The notes below the pieces were generated by a model. It saw nothing but the letters and a program-made list of their open reading frames with translations. It was not told the DNA's origin and did no database searches. A DNA stretch of 62,242 nt, the filler included, from Chiloscyllium plagiosum (taxonomy: Eukaryota), in NCBI RefSeq assembly GCF_004010195.1. It is 4 parts of one record of this genome, joined end to end, with 100 filler letters (N's around TTAATTAATTAA, not from the genome) between each part and the next. Parts side by side here need not be neighbours in the genome. Positions count along the whole stretch, not along the records: positions 1 to 26,736 come from NC_057710.1; 3 more parts are not named here. One strand, written 5' to 3'. The position numbers were made by a program, and so were the translations under genes. This document shows positions 12,361 through 25,874 of this stretch, one piece after another. Positions within the stretch are counted from its first letter, which is position 1. Each line of letters opens with the position of its first letter.

Positions 12361-12691
12361 ATTACATTAGATTAGATTACATTAGATTACATTACAGTGT
12401 GGAAACAGGCCCTTCGGCCCAACAAGTCCACACCGACCCGCCGAAGCGAAACCCACCCATACCCCTACATTTACCCCTTACCTAACACTACGGGCAATTT
12501 AGCATGGCCAATTCACCTGACCCTGCACATCTTTTGGACTGTGGGAGGAAACCGGAGCACCTGGAGGAAACCCACGCAGACACGGGGAGAACGTGCAAAC
12601 TCCACACAGTCAGTCGCCTGAGGCGGGAATTGAACCCGGGTCTCAGGCGCTGTGTGGCAGCAGTGCTAACCACTGTGCCACCGTGCCGCCC
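12361..12691 (-). mobile_element. HE1-type SINE (young, full length)
   Basis: Reverse complement of 11994-12324, with a compound (ATTAC/ATTAG) tail. Confidence 0.95.
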
Positions 12692-12739
12692 ACAAATGAT
12701 TAGTTGATGTGGAGATGATAGTCTTGATATGGAGAGGTT

Positions 12740-13625
12740 TTGACCAGTCCACTCTTGGTCAACAGTTCTATCAGACGACAATTGCTCAGCAATAACCTGG
12801 TCAATGATGAGGTCCTCCACTCAGCTCCTGACTGTACTACAGCCTTGGTCCAAACATGGATAACAGACCTGAACTCTAGAGAGGAAACAAAAGTGTCTGC
12901 ACTTGACATCTGAGACATCGTTTGTCCAAATGCGTCATCAAGTAGTCTTAGCAAAACAGGAGACAATGGGACTCATTGAAAACAACCTGCTTGTTAGAGT
13001 TAGACCAAGAATAAGGGAAGATGAGTGAGGTTGTTGGAGTTCAATTATCTCAACCACAGAATAACACTGCAAGAGTTCCTCAGGGTAGTCTCCTAGGTCC
13101 AACCATCTTCAGCTGCTTCATCAATGACCTTCCCTCCATAAGGTCAGAAGTGGGGATGTTCACCAATGATTTCACAATATTCAGCACCATTCATGTCTCG
13201 CCACACACTTAAACAGTTCAAGTCCAAAGCGACCCGTTGATTGGCACCACATCTAACACTTTCAATGCTCCCTCCCTTCAGCGCTGATGCTCAGTCACCT
13301 CAGTGTGTACCATTTATAAGATGCAATGCAGAAATTCACCAAAGACCCTGAGAGATCACCTTCCAAACCCATGACCACTTCCATCAAGAAGGACAAGGGC
13401 AGCAGATACGTGGGAACATCACTCCTTGCAAGTTCCCCTCCAAGCTACTCACCATTCTGACTTGGAAATATATCACCATTCCTTCACTGTCAAAGACCTT
13501 CAATTCCCTCCTTAACAACATTGCGAGTGCCCATACAGCCCCATGACTGCAACAGTTAAAGAAGGCAGCTGACTCCTAGTTTCTACCCGGCATTTAGGGA
13601 TGGGCATGAAGTGTATGAATTAAAA
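12740..13625 (+). mobile_element. CR1/L2-group LINE RT fragment and 3' tail (distinct family)
   Basis: RVPQGSLLGPTIFSCFINDLPS..VGMFTND; 3' tail also at 32905-33185 and shared with the second SINE family. Confidence 0.75.
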
Positions 13626-14337
13626 AAGGAAGAGTAGTTTGTTTAGTGAGGTGACTCTGTTAGAAAAGGATGGTTTATTTTGGGCCAAAATTGCCTTTTC
13701 CTGTTTCTGAAACACTTATCCTTTTAAGTTCTAATTCTTTGGTTCTGAGGCTGAGCCAAGCAGTAATGGAGACAGATTGATTATACTTGGTGTTGGAGAC
13801 ATTTTTCATATGTCTGGAGCCTGTGAGGTGAGTGGACTTTATTTTTAACCAGAGAGCCCCACTGGAACGTTTTCTGTCACTTTGACAAATCCTATTTTTT
13901 CTGATCATGCTGTGCTGTGGTGAAGAGACCGGTGAGGGTGCTCCCTTTTGTTTCTGGAGATGGTCCAGAAATAACTCACCCCAGGTTAGAGCGACGGGGT
14001 GGGGAGGGGGGTGGGGAGAGAGAGAGAGAGCAGGATATGTCTTAAACCCACTACCTGATGAAGCACTCCCAGGAATATGGATGGAGGAGCTTGCCCACAG
14101 CAATTGTTGTTTCTGCATTACCTTGATATTTAGGCAGGTTTCTTTGCCTCTTTAGAACTGCAATTTTAGCTAGAGAAGGGATTTGATTCCTTTTGGATTG
14201 TTGCATTCCTTGGAATCTGCAGGACATCAAACATGTAGTGCAGAAACAGACCATTCAGTCCAACAAATCTATGCTGGTGCAGCTTTTATTCAATTCCAGA
14301 GTGTTGGCAACATTTCTTACCCAGCTCTAATTACCCA

Positions 14338-14649
14338 TGGCACGGTGGCTCAGTGGTTAGCACTGCTGCCTCACAGCACCAGGGACCCAGGTTCGATTCC
14401 AGCCTCGGGCAACTGTCTGTGTGGAGTTTGCACGTTCTCACTGTGTCTGAGTGGGTTTCCTCTGGGTACTCCGGTTTCCTCCCACAGTCCAAAGGTGTGC
14501 AGGCCAGGTGAATTGGCCATGCTAAAATTTCCCGTAGTGTTAGGTGCTCATTCAGAGGGAAATGGGTCTGGGCGGATTAATCTTCGGAGGGTCGGTGTGG
14601 ACTTGTTGGGCCGAAGGGCCTGTTTCCACGCTGTAGGGAGTCTAATCTA
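14338..14649 (+). mobile_element. HE1-type SINE
   Basis: A and B boxes, V-domain, tail. Confidence 0.9.
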
Positions 14650-14964
14650 CCCAGCCTACTTCAGAGGGCAGCTCGGGACTAAATTACATGGCTGCGTGTT
14701 GGCAGTCATAGATGGACCAGACCGAGTAAGGACAGTACATATCCTTTCTCGAAGAACATCGCTGAGCAACAGTCCAGCAGTGTCATGGTTGCTGTTGCTG
14801 ATGCTACCTTCACAATCATTGATTAATTTAATCCATGGAGAACTTGTGCCGCTCTCACTGTCCCAATGAAGTGGAACGGGTTTTACATATTGACTGGTTT
14901 GATCAGGCTGGGGCACTTGCTGGAACATTTGCAGGGACTAAGGATATTACTAAATTAGAAACAA

Positions 14965-15425
14965 TGTAAAAAAGGTATACTGGGTTGCTACCTGGGCTGG
15001 TTGGTTTGAGTTATAAGGAGAGGTTGGATAGGCTGGGACTTTTCAGGAGACTGAGGGGTGATCTTATCGAGGTCTACAAAATCATGAGAGGCATAGATAA
15101 GGTAGCTAGCCAACAGCTTTTCCCAGTGATAGGGGAGTCTAAGCTTAGAGGGCATAGGTTTAAGGTGACAGGGGAGAGATACTAAAGGGTTCAATTTTTT
15201 TCACACAAACAGTAGTGAGTCTCTGGAATGGGCTGCCAGAGGTTATGGTGGAGGGTGAGTACAATTTTATCATTTAGGAAACATTTAGACAGGTACATGG
15301 TTGGGATAGGCATGGAAGGGTATAGACCAAACACAGGCAAATGGGACTAGCTTAATTGTGAAAACTGGGCAGCATGAACAATTTGGGCTGAAGGGCCTGT
15401 TTCCATACTGTAAACCTCTATGACT
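14965..15425 (+). mobile_element. CR1 LINE 3' end
   Basis: LPGLVGLSYKERLDRLGLF..RGDLIEVYKIMRG. Confidence 0.88.
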
Positions 15426-15819
15426 TCAGAACGAAGCTGAGATGTCGGTATCAGACAGGAGTCACATATAGTCTGAGGCCCAATCAGGGAAGGCAGGCTG
15501 TGTATGTTGACGTCATGCTTGTGAATGTATCACATAAGAAAGATCTGAAAAAGATGAGCGGGCTGGAATATAATCGAAGGTGTATTTACAATGAACACAT
15601 ATACATCCTCCATAGCGATGAGCACAGGCATTCCTGATTTCAATCTGCTGTTATTTTCTGTAAACAGTGAGGTGTTTTTTTTCTCTTTGTTCATGCGATG
15701 TGGGAATCCCTGGCAAGGCCAGGAGTTATTGCCTGGGAAAAACAAACCCATTGCCCTTCAGAAGGTTGAGATGAACTACCTTAAATACAACAGAGTTACT
15801 TCAGAGGGGTCAACCTTAT

Positions 15820-16728
15820 TACTGTGGGTCTGGAGTCACGTGTAGGCCAGACTGGGTGAGAACGACACATTTCCTTCCTTAAAGGACACTGGTGAACCAG
15901 ACAGAAACCTAATAGCTGCTGTCATCATTATCGGCAGCAGATTTTTTAAATTCAAGCTAAATAATTAAATGTTAATTATTTTGAATGAATTGCTGTAATG
16001 GGACTTGAACTCACTAGTTCCTCCTCTGTCACATAAACATTATGCCATCGTTCCTTAGGAGACTGATAGCTGGGTGTTTGTCGCATTCCTGCTAAATTTT
16101 GCGATTTAATTGAAACCTTCAGTTTTTAAAAAAATTGTTTGTGAGGGGTGCCCATCGTTGCTATTTATTTCCTGTGAATTGAGTGGCTTGCTGGGGGCCG
16201 TTCAGAGTCGACCTCCACATTGCTTTTGGTCTGGAGTCACATGTAGGTCAGGCCAAGGTGAGATTGACAGATTTTCTTCCCTAAAGAACACTAGTGAACC
16301 AGATAGGTTACTCCTGACAATTGACAATGGATTCATGGTTACCATTATTGAGACAAGCTTTCAATTCCAGATGCTAATAATTGAATTTAAATCCCACTAG
16401 TTACTATGGTGGGATTTGAACCTGGGTTTCCAGAATATTTCTCTCGGCATCTGGAGTGCTAGTCCAGTGAGACTATCCCTAATTTACTGTCTTATACTTC
16501 CCCTGCCATTAATACAGGCCCTGATATTTTCAGTAGCTGAGGTCTTGCCTGGTCAACATTTGTTGCCTGTTCTGAATTTCCCTTCAGCTGAATAGTCTGC
16601 TAGGTTGCTGCAGAGGGCATTTAAGAGTCACATTGCTAAGGATCACATGTAGGCCAGACCAGGTAGGGTGGCAGATTTCCTCCCTTAAAGGACATAAATG
16701 AGCCGGATAGGCTTTTACCAATTGATAA
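15820..16728 (-). mobile_element. Cluster of three copies of the second SINE family
   Basis: Variants of GGAGTCACATGTAGGCCAGACC..GGCAGATTTCC repeated at about 15830, 16230 and 16640. Confidence 0.7.
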
Positions 16729-17270
16729 TTGTTCCATTCTCACCACTGGACTAGACTGGCCGGTCTCTCCGGCGGCCTGCGGCGGTGTTTTGGTCCAGTT
16801 TCTCAGCCCGACGTGGCGGTGTCTCAGTGTCTGAGTGGTTCTGTCTGGGAATGCTCCGGGAGCTCGCTGCTTCAGCAGCGGCAGCGGCAATGGCATTGTG
16901 GCACGACGTGGGAAGAGCGAGCGGTGAGGAGATCCCCTGGTTTCTGTGATGGTGGAATCGAGAACAGGCAGCTGAGATCTCCCAGAGAGCGAGCTAAGCA
17001 GAGACTCATCTTTCAACTGAATTCATTTATTTTTCTAGTTTATATCAAGAAGGGCTTTAATGTTGACTATGACCTTATTTATTTATCTTTTCCATTTATT
17101 CTATGAAGATAATGCTTCACTTTGTTTCTTTTACCAGTTTGTACCTAAGCTTTTTGTGCCCAGGTACTTTTGTACCTGAGATGGCATAGTGTGTGGTGAC
17201 ATCAAACACTTTTCACTGCACTCCTGTACTTGAAAACGCATGACAATAAAAGTCTAAATCTTTAAATCTT
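16729..17270 (+). mobile_element. Unclassified non-autonomous retroposon with GC-rich head and AATAAA/(TAAATCT) tail
   Basis: Interrupts a SINE that resumes at about 17271; ends CACTTTTCACTG..GACAATAAAAGTCTAAATCTTTAAATCT. Confidence 0.45.
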
Positions 17271-18704
17271 CAATTTCAGATTTTCATTTGAATAAAATTG
17301 CTCATGGTAGAATTGAATCCCTGTCTCGGAACACTAGGGACTCTAAGTTGCTGGTCTCACAACATGACCCTGAGATCACTTTGCCATGTTGAAGTCTTGC
17401 TGCGACTTTGGGTGGTGTCACCTGAAGTACATGTACAGTTTTATTTCCCTTATTGAGGAAACCACACATTGGAAGCAGTTCGGGTTAGGTTCGTCCAGTT
17501 AATTCCTGGGATGGAAGCATTGCTCTACCAGGAATGGATGACCAAGTGGGGCTGATGCAGAATGAAGGAAGATTGTGAGGTGGGCAGACACTGAGAGACT
17601 GCTGTTTTCCTCCAAGGAGGAGTCTACAACTAAAAGCTCTCCCATTTAAGACGGACATGAGGAGACATTCCTTTCCTCAAAGGAATGATGGTATTAAATT
17701 GCAGAGCAGTCTCGAAGGGTTGAATTCTGCTCCTGGTTATTCCTGACAAGGGTTTCATGGTCATCATTAGACTCTAATCCCAGATTTCTATTGAATTTGA
17801 ACTCCACCATCTGCAGTGGCAGGATTTGAACCCAGAACATTACCTGGGTCTCAGGATTAACAATCTAACGATCATACCACTAGGCCATCACCTCCCCATC
17901 AATATTCACAACCGTGTTTGACAAATTTTATGACGGTGCAATTAAGGGAGTTGAGGGTCATGGGTGGGGAGACAGGACAGGAGGGTTAAAGCCACAATCA
18001 AATTAACCATGAATTATTGATCTCACATGATGGACCCTAATAGCCTTCTCATGCTCCTAATTCTTAGGTTGTATTCAGCCAAGGGTCAAAACAGACTTGC
18101 ACTAGTGAAGTGTCTGTTTGATAGACTTACACACCTCCAGCTTACTGTTCAGAGATGCTTGCTGGATCAGGGGGTTGGTTATGAGGTTTTCTTGTTGTCT
18201 TTCAGGAAGCCAGTTGATGTGAATGTTGGAGGCAGGCAGACTTGACATGGAGTACTTCCTCCTCTGACTGATGTTACCTATATCAGATCAACCCAACCAT
18301 CGGCTCTTAGCTCGTGACGGGACGTTCATTGTCACAAGGTGGCTGTTACATTTGCTCCAGGGCAGACACAGCTAAAGGATGAACTCTTTATTATGGCATT
18401 TGTCATAACGTCAGGATATCCCAGTATTAAGTGCCCATCTGATATTATTTCTATGACCTGTAAAGTGATTTAGGACATCTTGGGGTCATTAAAGGTTCGA
18501 GATAAAGTTAGGTTTTCTTCTGTTATTTGTAATGGAGCACTTAGTAGCCAAAGAAGCATTTTGTTTCTGAAGTGTCATCGCTGTTTTAATGCAATAAACA
18601 CAGTAGCCAATTTGCGCACAGCAGGATTCCATGCAGCTCCACCCACCCTACTTGATTGACAGATTCTGTAAGTTTTCTTATATGGAACACGGTGATAAAG
18701 CCAG

Positions 18705-20530
18705 TTATAGAGTCAGAGAGTCATCGAATTGTGCAGTAATCCAACTCACCCATGCCAACCTTAAATATCCTAAACAGATATCCTAAATTAATCTAGACCC
18801 ATTTGCCAGCACTTGGCCCATATCCCTCTAAACCCTTCCTATTCATATAACCATCCAGATGCCTTTTAAATGTTGTAATTGTACCAGCCTCCACCACCTC
18901 ATCTGGCAGCTCATTCCATACACGCACTACCCTCTGTGTGAAACGTTGCCCCTTAGGTCCCTTTTAAATCTTTCCCCTCTCAACCTAAACCTATGCCCTC
19001 TAATCATGGACTCCCCTACCCTGGAAAAGGACCTTGACTATTCACCCTATCCATGTCCCTCATGATTTTATAAACCTCTGTAAGGTCACTCCTCAGCCTC
19101 TGATGCTCCAGGGAAAACAGCCTGAGCCTACTCAGCATCTCCTTGTAGCTCAAACCCTCCAACCCTGGCAACATCCTTGTAAATCTTTTCTGAACCGTTT
19201 CAAATTTAACAATATCTTTTCTATAGCAGGGAGACCAGAATTACGTGCAATATTCCAAAAGTGGCCTAACCAATGTCCTTCTACAGCTGCAACATGACCT
19301 CCCAACTCCTACACTCAGTGCTCTGACCAATAAAGGAAAGCATACGAAATGAGTTATTCACTATCCCATCTATCTGAGACTCCACTTTTGAGGAGTTATG
19401 AACCTGCACTTCAAGGTCTCTTTGTTCAGCAACACTCCCCAGGACCTTACCATTAAGTGTATAAGTACTGCCATGATTTGCCTTTCCAGAATGCAGCACC
19501 TCACATTTACCTAAATTAAACTCCATCTGCCACTCCTTGGCGCATTGAAAAGAGAAATACTGCCGAGCCTGAAATGTTGCTCTTCACCTGACAAAGGAGC
19601 AGTGCTCTGAAAGCTTGTGATTTCAAATAAACCTGTTGGACTATGACCTGGTATACTGTGACTTCTGACTTTGTCCACCCTAGTCCAACACCCGGCCCCC
19701 TCCACATCAGGCCCTAATAGAGTTAGAGGGTTTTTACAGCATGGAAAAAGGCCCTTCTGCTCATTGTGTCTATGCCAGTCCTCAAACATCTGTCCGTTCT
19801 GATCTCACTTTCTTGCACTTGGCTTGGAGTTTTGTGTGCTATACCATTTCAAGTGATCATTGAAATGCTTCTTAAATGTTCGTGCCTCTACCAGCCTTGC
19901 AGTCACTGAGTTCTGAATACCCATTACCCTTTGCGTGAAAAAGTATTTCTTCCAATTCCCTCTGAACCTCCTGCTCTTTACCTTGAAACTGTGCCCCCAG
20001 GTTATTGACCCGTCTGATAAGAGGAAACGTTTCTCCTGCCTGGGTCCCTCAAAGCTTTGTACACCTCAGTCAGATCCCCCTCAGCCTTGTCTGTTGTAAG
20101 GAAAACAAGCCCAGGCTGTCCAATCTCTCTTCAAAGCTAAATGTCTCCAGCCCAAGCAACATCCTGGTGAATCTTCTCTGCACTCTGTCTAGTGGCATCG
20201 CATCCTTCCTATAGAGAGAACTGCACACAGTATTCCAACTGTGGCCTAAGTGACATTGTACACAGTTCCATCATAGCCTCCTTCCTCTTGGATACAATGC
20301 TTTGAGGAGAAAGTGAGGTCTGCAGATGCTGGAGATCAAAGTTGAAACTTTATTGCTAGAACAGCACAGCAGGTCAGAGAACTGCACACAGTATTCCAAC
20401 TGTGGCCTAAGTGACATTGTACACATTCCATCATAGCCTCCTTCCTCTTGGATACAATGCTTTGACTAATGAAGGGAAGTGACCCATATGGCTCCTTAAT
20501 TACCTTCTCTACCTGTCCTGCTGCTTTCAA
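18705..20530 (-). mobile_element. Two CR1 3' fragments with PLE insertions (family B about 19585-19710; family A 20306-20375)
   Basis: MEFNLGKCEVLH, QRDLEVQVH motifs and CR1 3' UTRs. Confidence 0.85.
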
Positions 20531-20544
20531 AGCTAATCAAAGAA

Positions 20545-20838
20545 CCCCTTCAGTGCTGAAATAGGCTATTTGGCCCATTCAGTCTACACCAAGCCTTTGA
20601 AGGGCATCCCAGCCAATCCTAGCCCCCACCTTATCCCCATAATCTTGGATTTCCCATGGCTAATCCACCCTAACCTGCACATCTTTGGACAGTGGGAGGA
20701 AACTGGAACACCCAGAGGGAACCCACGTAGACACGGGCGGAATGTGCAAACTCCACACAGACAGTCACCTGAGGCTGGAACAGAACCTGGGTCCCCGACA
20801 CTGTGAGGCAGCAGTGCTAACCACTGAGCCATCATGCC
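20545..20838 (-). mobile_element. HE1-type SINE (diverged)
   Basis: tRNA head and V-domain on minus. Confidence 0.85.
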
Positions 20839-20879
20839 TCTCTCAATGTATCCTTACTTGGGTCAGTGTCTTGTAAGCT

Positions 20880-21385
20880 AGAACATATAGAACATAGAAC
20901 ATAGAACATTACAGCGCAGTACAGGCCCTTCGGCCCTCAATGTTGCGCCGCCCGGTCATACTAGTCTGAAGCCCATCCCACCTACACTATTCCATGTACG
21001 TCCATTTGCCTATCCAATGCCTACTTAAATGCACTTAAACTTGGCGAATCTACTACCATTGCAGGCAAAGCATTCCATACCCTTACTACTCTCTGAGTAA
21101 AGAAACTACCTCTGACATCTGTCTTATACCTATCACCCCTCACTTTAAAGTTGTGTCCCCTCGTGTTTGCCGTCCCCATACTTGGAAAAAGGCTCTCCCT
21201 GTCCACCCTATCTAACCCTCTGATTATCTTGTATGTCTCTATTAAGTCACCTCTCAACCTTCTTCTCTCTAACGAGAACAGCCTCAAGGCCCTCAGCCTT
21301 TCCTCGTAAGACCTTCCCTCCATACCAGGTAACATCCTAGTAAATCTCCTCTGCACCCTTTCCAAAGCTTCCACATCCTTCTTAT
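20880..21385 (-). mobile_element. CR1 LINE 3' end (young)
   Basis: Open KDVEALERVQRRFTRMLPGMEG...FFTQRVVRVWNALP; (ATAGAAC)n tail. Confidence 0.95.
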
Positions 21386-21775
21386 ATTTGATGATGCTAC
21401 TGTGAAGCACTTTGAAACATTTTACCATGTTCAAGTATCATATAAACATGGATTGCTGCTTCTTTCACAGGGAGAGCAAACAGAGTTCACAAATTGATAT
21501 TTTTTACTGGATTCAAATTCCATGGAGGATTCGAACCTGGGTCCCTACAACATTACCTGTGTCTCTGGATTAACAGTCCAGCAATACTACCAGTAGGCTG
21601 TCAACTCCATACTGTTTGACTTGCCAACCAATCAACAGCTTTTCTCTTGCAGTGTAAGTTGTTGTGGACATTTGAATTTTGGCATTCTTGCATTGATGTT
21701 GATGGGAGGAAAAGCTTCAGCAACATGATTAAAGACGAAAAGAGAAACCAGGGCAGCGATAAAGTCTAAAGAAGG

Positions 21776-22113
21776 GGTGGCACGGTGGCTCAGTGGTTAG
21801 CACTGCAGCCTCACTGTGCCAGGGACCCAGGTTCAATCCCCCCCTTGGGCGACTGCCTATGTGGAGTAAGTACATTTTCCTCATGTCTGAATGGGTTTCC
21901 TCTGGGTGCTCCAGTTTCCTCCCACAATCCAAAGATGTGCAGATTGGATAGACTGGCCATACTAAATTTCCCATAGTGCTCAGGATTGTGTAGGCTAGCC
22001 ATGGGAAACGCAAGGGTAAGGTAGGGAGATAAGTCTGGGTGGAATGCTCTTTGGAGAGTCAGTGTGGACTTGTGGGCTGAATGGCCAATTTCCACACTGT
22101 AGGGTTCTTTCTC
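21776..22113 (+). mobile_element. HE1-type SINE (diverged)
   Basis: A and B boxes, V-domain, tail. Confidence 0.85.
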
Positions 22114-24194
22114 TATACTGTATATGTTGGAGAATCAAGATCATCTTGGGCAATGAAAGAGTTACCTTAGCTAAAGATTTCTGTCTGCTTTTGATGGGAG
22201 ATGGCACAAGGAACATTTGTAACTGTGGTCTGTTGCTGCTCATGTAAATAGCGTTAATGTATTATGACAAATTGCTAATTGGGCAGAAAGATCCAAGGGC
22301 CTTTTTTTTGTTGAAAAAGAAAATTGGTGTAAGCCTGGCTTTATCAGCCATATCGACACAGGTCAAGCATACCGAGTTCAGCACTGTACAGATTACATTA
22401 TTATTGTAAAACAAGCAAAACAAATGCTCTGCCCACATGCCCAATAACTCAATCGTACTTGTGGAATGACAACAGGCATTAAGTTCAACCGAAACAATGC
22501 AGCTGGGGACACGATGGGCTATCAGCAAACTTTTGACCTTTGGATTCTGTACAACCTGTCAGATTGTGGTTTGCACCTTCCTTCTGATTTGACAATAGCC
22601 ATTGAGGTTTGTCTAACTCTTGAACAGTAGAAACAGAGCGTGTGTATGTGTGTGTGAGAGAGAGAGAGAATGGTAACCTGTATTATTCAACAGATGGAAG
22701 TGATTTGCCTGGATAGTTTTTTTTGGCTTTGACTTGCATATTTTTCCAAAAGAAAAAGCAACTTTTGAAAACTGTTGTATTTGCGTTGATTGTGATCTAC
22801 TTTTGGGGAGCTTGAGAGACATATCGTGTCCTGCAGAAGATAAGAACGAGGAGAGGGGAGCCAGCCTTCTGAGACCGTTCCACCATTTCGTAAAATCATG
22901 GCTGATTCTGTGCCTCAGTTGTACCTTTCTGCATTTTATTCCTATATCCCAAGATTCTTTAGGCAATCAAATACCTTTTGATTTCCATCTTGAGTACACT
23001 CAATGATACTCAGGGCCTGAGCAGCTCAGGATAAGAAATCCCTCAGATTTACAACATTTTGAATGAGACCAACTTTTCATTCTTTGTGTGGAGCTACTGC
23101 CTTTGAAAGATTAAGACAAGTTAAGCTAATGTTTCCTTTGAATAAATACAGGTAGGCAAAACAAAAGACTTCCTTTACAGCTCTTATTAATAGCAACATG
23201 TTTCCGAGTTCATTTTTATTGACCATCCCTTGCTTCTATCTGTGGCCAAGTCCAAAGCTGCTGTGGTTTTGAACTGCAGTAGAACTCCAGGAGAAGCGTG
23301 GATGTCCAGGGAATAAAGGTTAAGAGAAAATGCCGACCTATAGCAGATGCTTAGGTCTCAGGACAGAAGAGGCCCTGGAATAAGAAAGTGCAGTGGGGGA
23401 GGTATCTTAAAAAATAAATTAGGAGCATAAAAAGAATGCATTGGCAGGTAGAAGAGAGGTAGGCCCAAAGGTTTTTGTGAAGAATATGAAGAGAAAGAGC
23501 CATAATGGTAATCTGTGGGTAGACCTGGAAGACTTAGAAAACATGAGGACTGCAGATGCTGGAAATCAGAGACTAGATTAGAGTGGTGCTGGAAAAGCAC
23601 CAGCAGGTCAGGCAGCATCCGAGGAGCAGGAAAACCGACGTTTCGGTCCATCATGAATGAAGGACACAGTCCTCATTGAACACTGTTCGCAGTGGGAAAG
23701 GACAAGAGTCTTTGCGTATATTTAAGGCTGAGATAGATAGATTCCTGATCAGTTGGGGAATCAAGGACTTTGGGGAAAGGGCAAGAAAGTAGACATGAGG
23801 AATGTCAGATCACACCGTGATCCTATTGAATGGCGGAGCAGACCCGAGGGGCCGAATGGCCTACTCATGTTCCCACTTCTAATGGTCTTTTGACCTGTTT
23901 TCCTTGACCTGAGAATAGGCAGTGAGGATAAGCTATTACTTTGATGAGTACTGTGTAGATTTAGCAGAACTACCTGAAAATCTTGGCAAGTCACTTTGTA
24001 TTTGACCATAACATCCAAAAGAACTGTGAATGCTGAAAATCAGAAACAAAACCAGAGACCGCTGGTAAAGCTCAGCTGCATCGATGGAGGGAAATCAGGG
24101 TCCTGAAATATTAAATCTGATTTCTCTCCACAGATGCTACCAGACCTGCTGAGCTTTTCCAGCAATTTCTGGTTTTGTTTCAGATTTGACCATT

Positions 24195-25200
24195 TTGATT
24201 TTTCGAGTGTGGGCAGGGCGTTCTGTGGGACTGTTAGACAGAGGCTAGTGAGCAGAAAAGGTACTACATTGAACATTCTATTTACTGCACATCTTGGGAG
24301 GGTGTGCTAAGGTACTGTGGACTATTGTCAGACACAGTTGGTTGAGGAACACTGAGTATAGTGGCTAGTATGTCAACAATGCTTGCACTTTGCTGGTGTC
24401 TTTGATTTGACGCACACAGGAGAATTTGGTGAAATGGATAATATACCACAGCTCACAAGGAACCTCGCGTGGAAGGAAAGGTTCTCTTGAGTGTTGGGTT
24501 TGATGGAGTTGACATGGTTCTCACTGATTGATTGATAACCTTATTGATGCTGGGCCTATCTATGGTTTCGTGGGTCAATCTCTTGGTTCTTCCTGCACCC
24601 ATGTGACCAATCAAAGTATGATGCAGAACGTCTTGACGTGGAACTTGTGGAATTATTTCTAGTTTGCCTTGGAAAGTCTTCATTTGTCTCCCAACAGTCA
24701 GAGTATTCAGCTCAAGGATAATTTGGACGGGCAACAATGAATAAATATCAGATAAAAATCCAGACCATATCGTAGGGGCAATACTGTTGTATCCAAGGAA
24801 CATGATGTTTCTCCCAGGGCAACCACTAGCAACATTGTTCTCAGGTTCAGAGTGTCCTTTCACTTTGAACTTCACTGTCGTACATAAATAAAGAGTCTCT
24901 CAGTCCTTTTCCAATCCAATGCTCACTCTTATCGGGGTGCCATTTTAAATGTCATTTTCAGGTAGTAGGTGAAGGCAGAAATTTTTGTTTCCTCCTCCTC
25001 CTGGAATTGCAACAAAGCAGCTTGGTCTTTCCAGAATAATAGCGCAATAGACTTGGAAGTCCTTGTCGGACAAGACTGGGTAACCATGGCAGGATTCATT
25101 CCAAGAAGGACCTCAATGGATTTGGAACAAAGATGGTTACAATGAATGATTTTTGCTTGTTTTATCCTTCCTTTTTGCAGAACTTTAATTCTCAATCTGC
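24195..25200 (-). mobile_element. Decayed Ty3/Gypsy pol fragment (RT end and integrase)
   Basis: Minus strand: LHH..GHMGAGRTKRLTHETI (integrase Zn finger), VSDNSPQYLS (SDNGPQF-like) and SAH*PLSNSPTER (HPQSNG.AER-like). Confidence 0.7.
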
Positions 25201-25874
25201 CACGGTCAAACATGTATTAAAGTTACAGTGTACAAGCCTAGCAGTATATATTCATCCTGGACTGGTTGTTTGCCTCAATACCTCCTTGTTGCAGCTCAGT
25301 GACATGCTTTATTCTACATTGAAGCATTGACATAGAAATGAAGGAAACAGAAGCAGGAGTAGGCCATTTGGCCCACTAATTCCCCATGTTCATGGCTAAT
25401 CTTCTATTTCAACATCATATGTTAGCACCCACCCCATCTCATTTGGCACCTTGAGCTTCTAGAAATCTATTTCTTTCTGAAGTACATTCAGTGGCTTTGC
25501 CTTCACACCTTTCTGTGACAGGGAATTCCACCGGTTCACCACCCACTGAATAAAGACATTTCTCCCTGTTTCGCTCTGTCTAATACCCTGAGACCATGAC
25601 ACCTTGTTCTGGATTGCCTCCCATCCTCTACTCCAGGGGCAGCATTAACCCTGCAACCAGTCTGTTCAGAGTCAAGAGTGTGGTGCTGGAAAAGCGCAGC
25701 AGGTCAGGCAGGAGAATCGACGTTTCGGGCATAGACCCTCCATCAGGTTTCATCATTTCACAAGTTGAAATGTGTTCATCACTTTCTCCTACTCCATCCA
25801 GTCTGTTCAGTCCTGTCATTATTTTAGATGTTTCAATAACATCCCTCCCTCGTGATTCCTAGCTTCAGCAAACG

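Noticed and set aside
22547..22557. let-7-like words (CTGTACAACCT here; AGGTAGTAGGT at about 24960)
   Set aside because: Only 11-nt matches, with no hairpin partner nearby.
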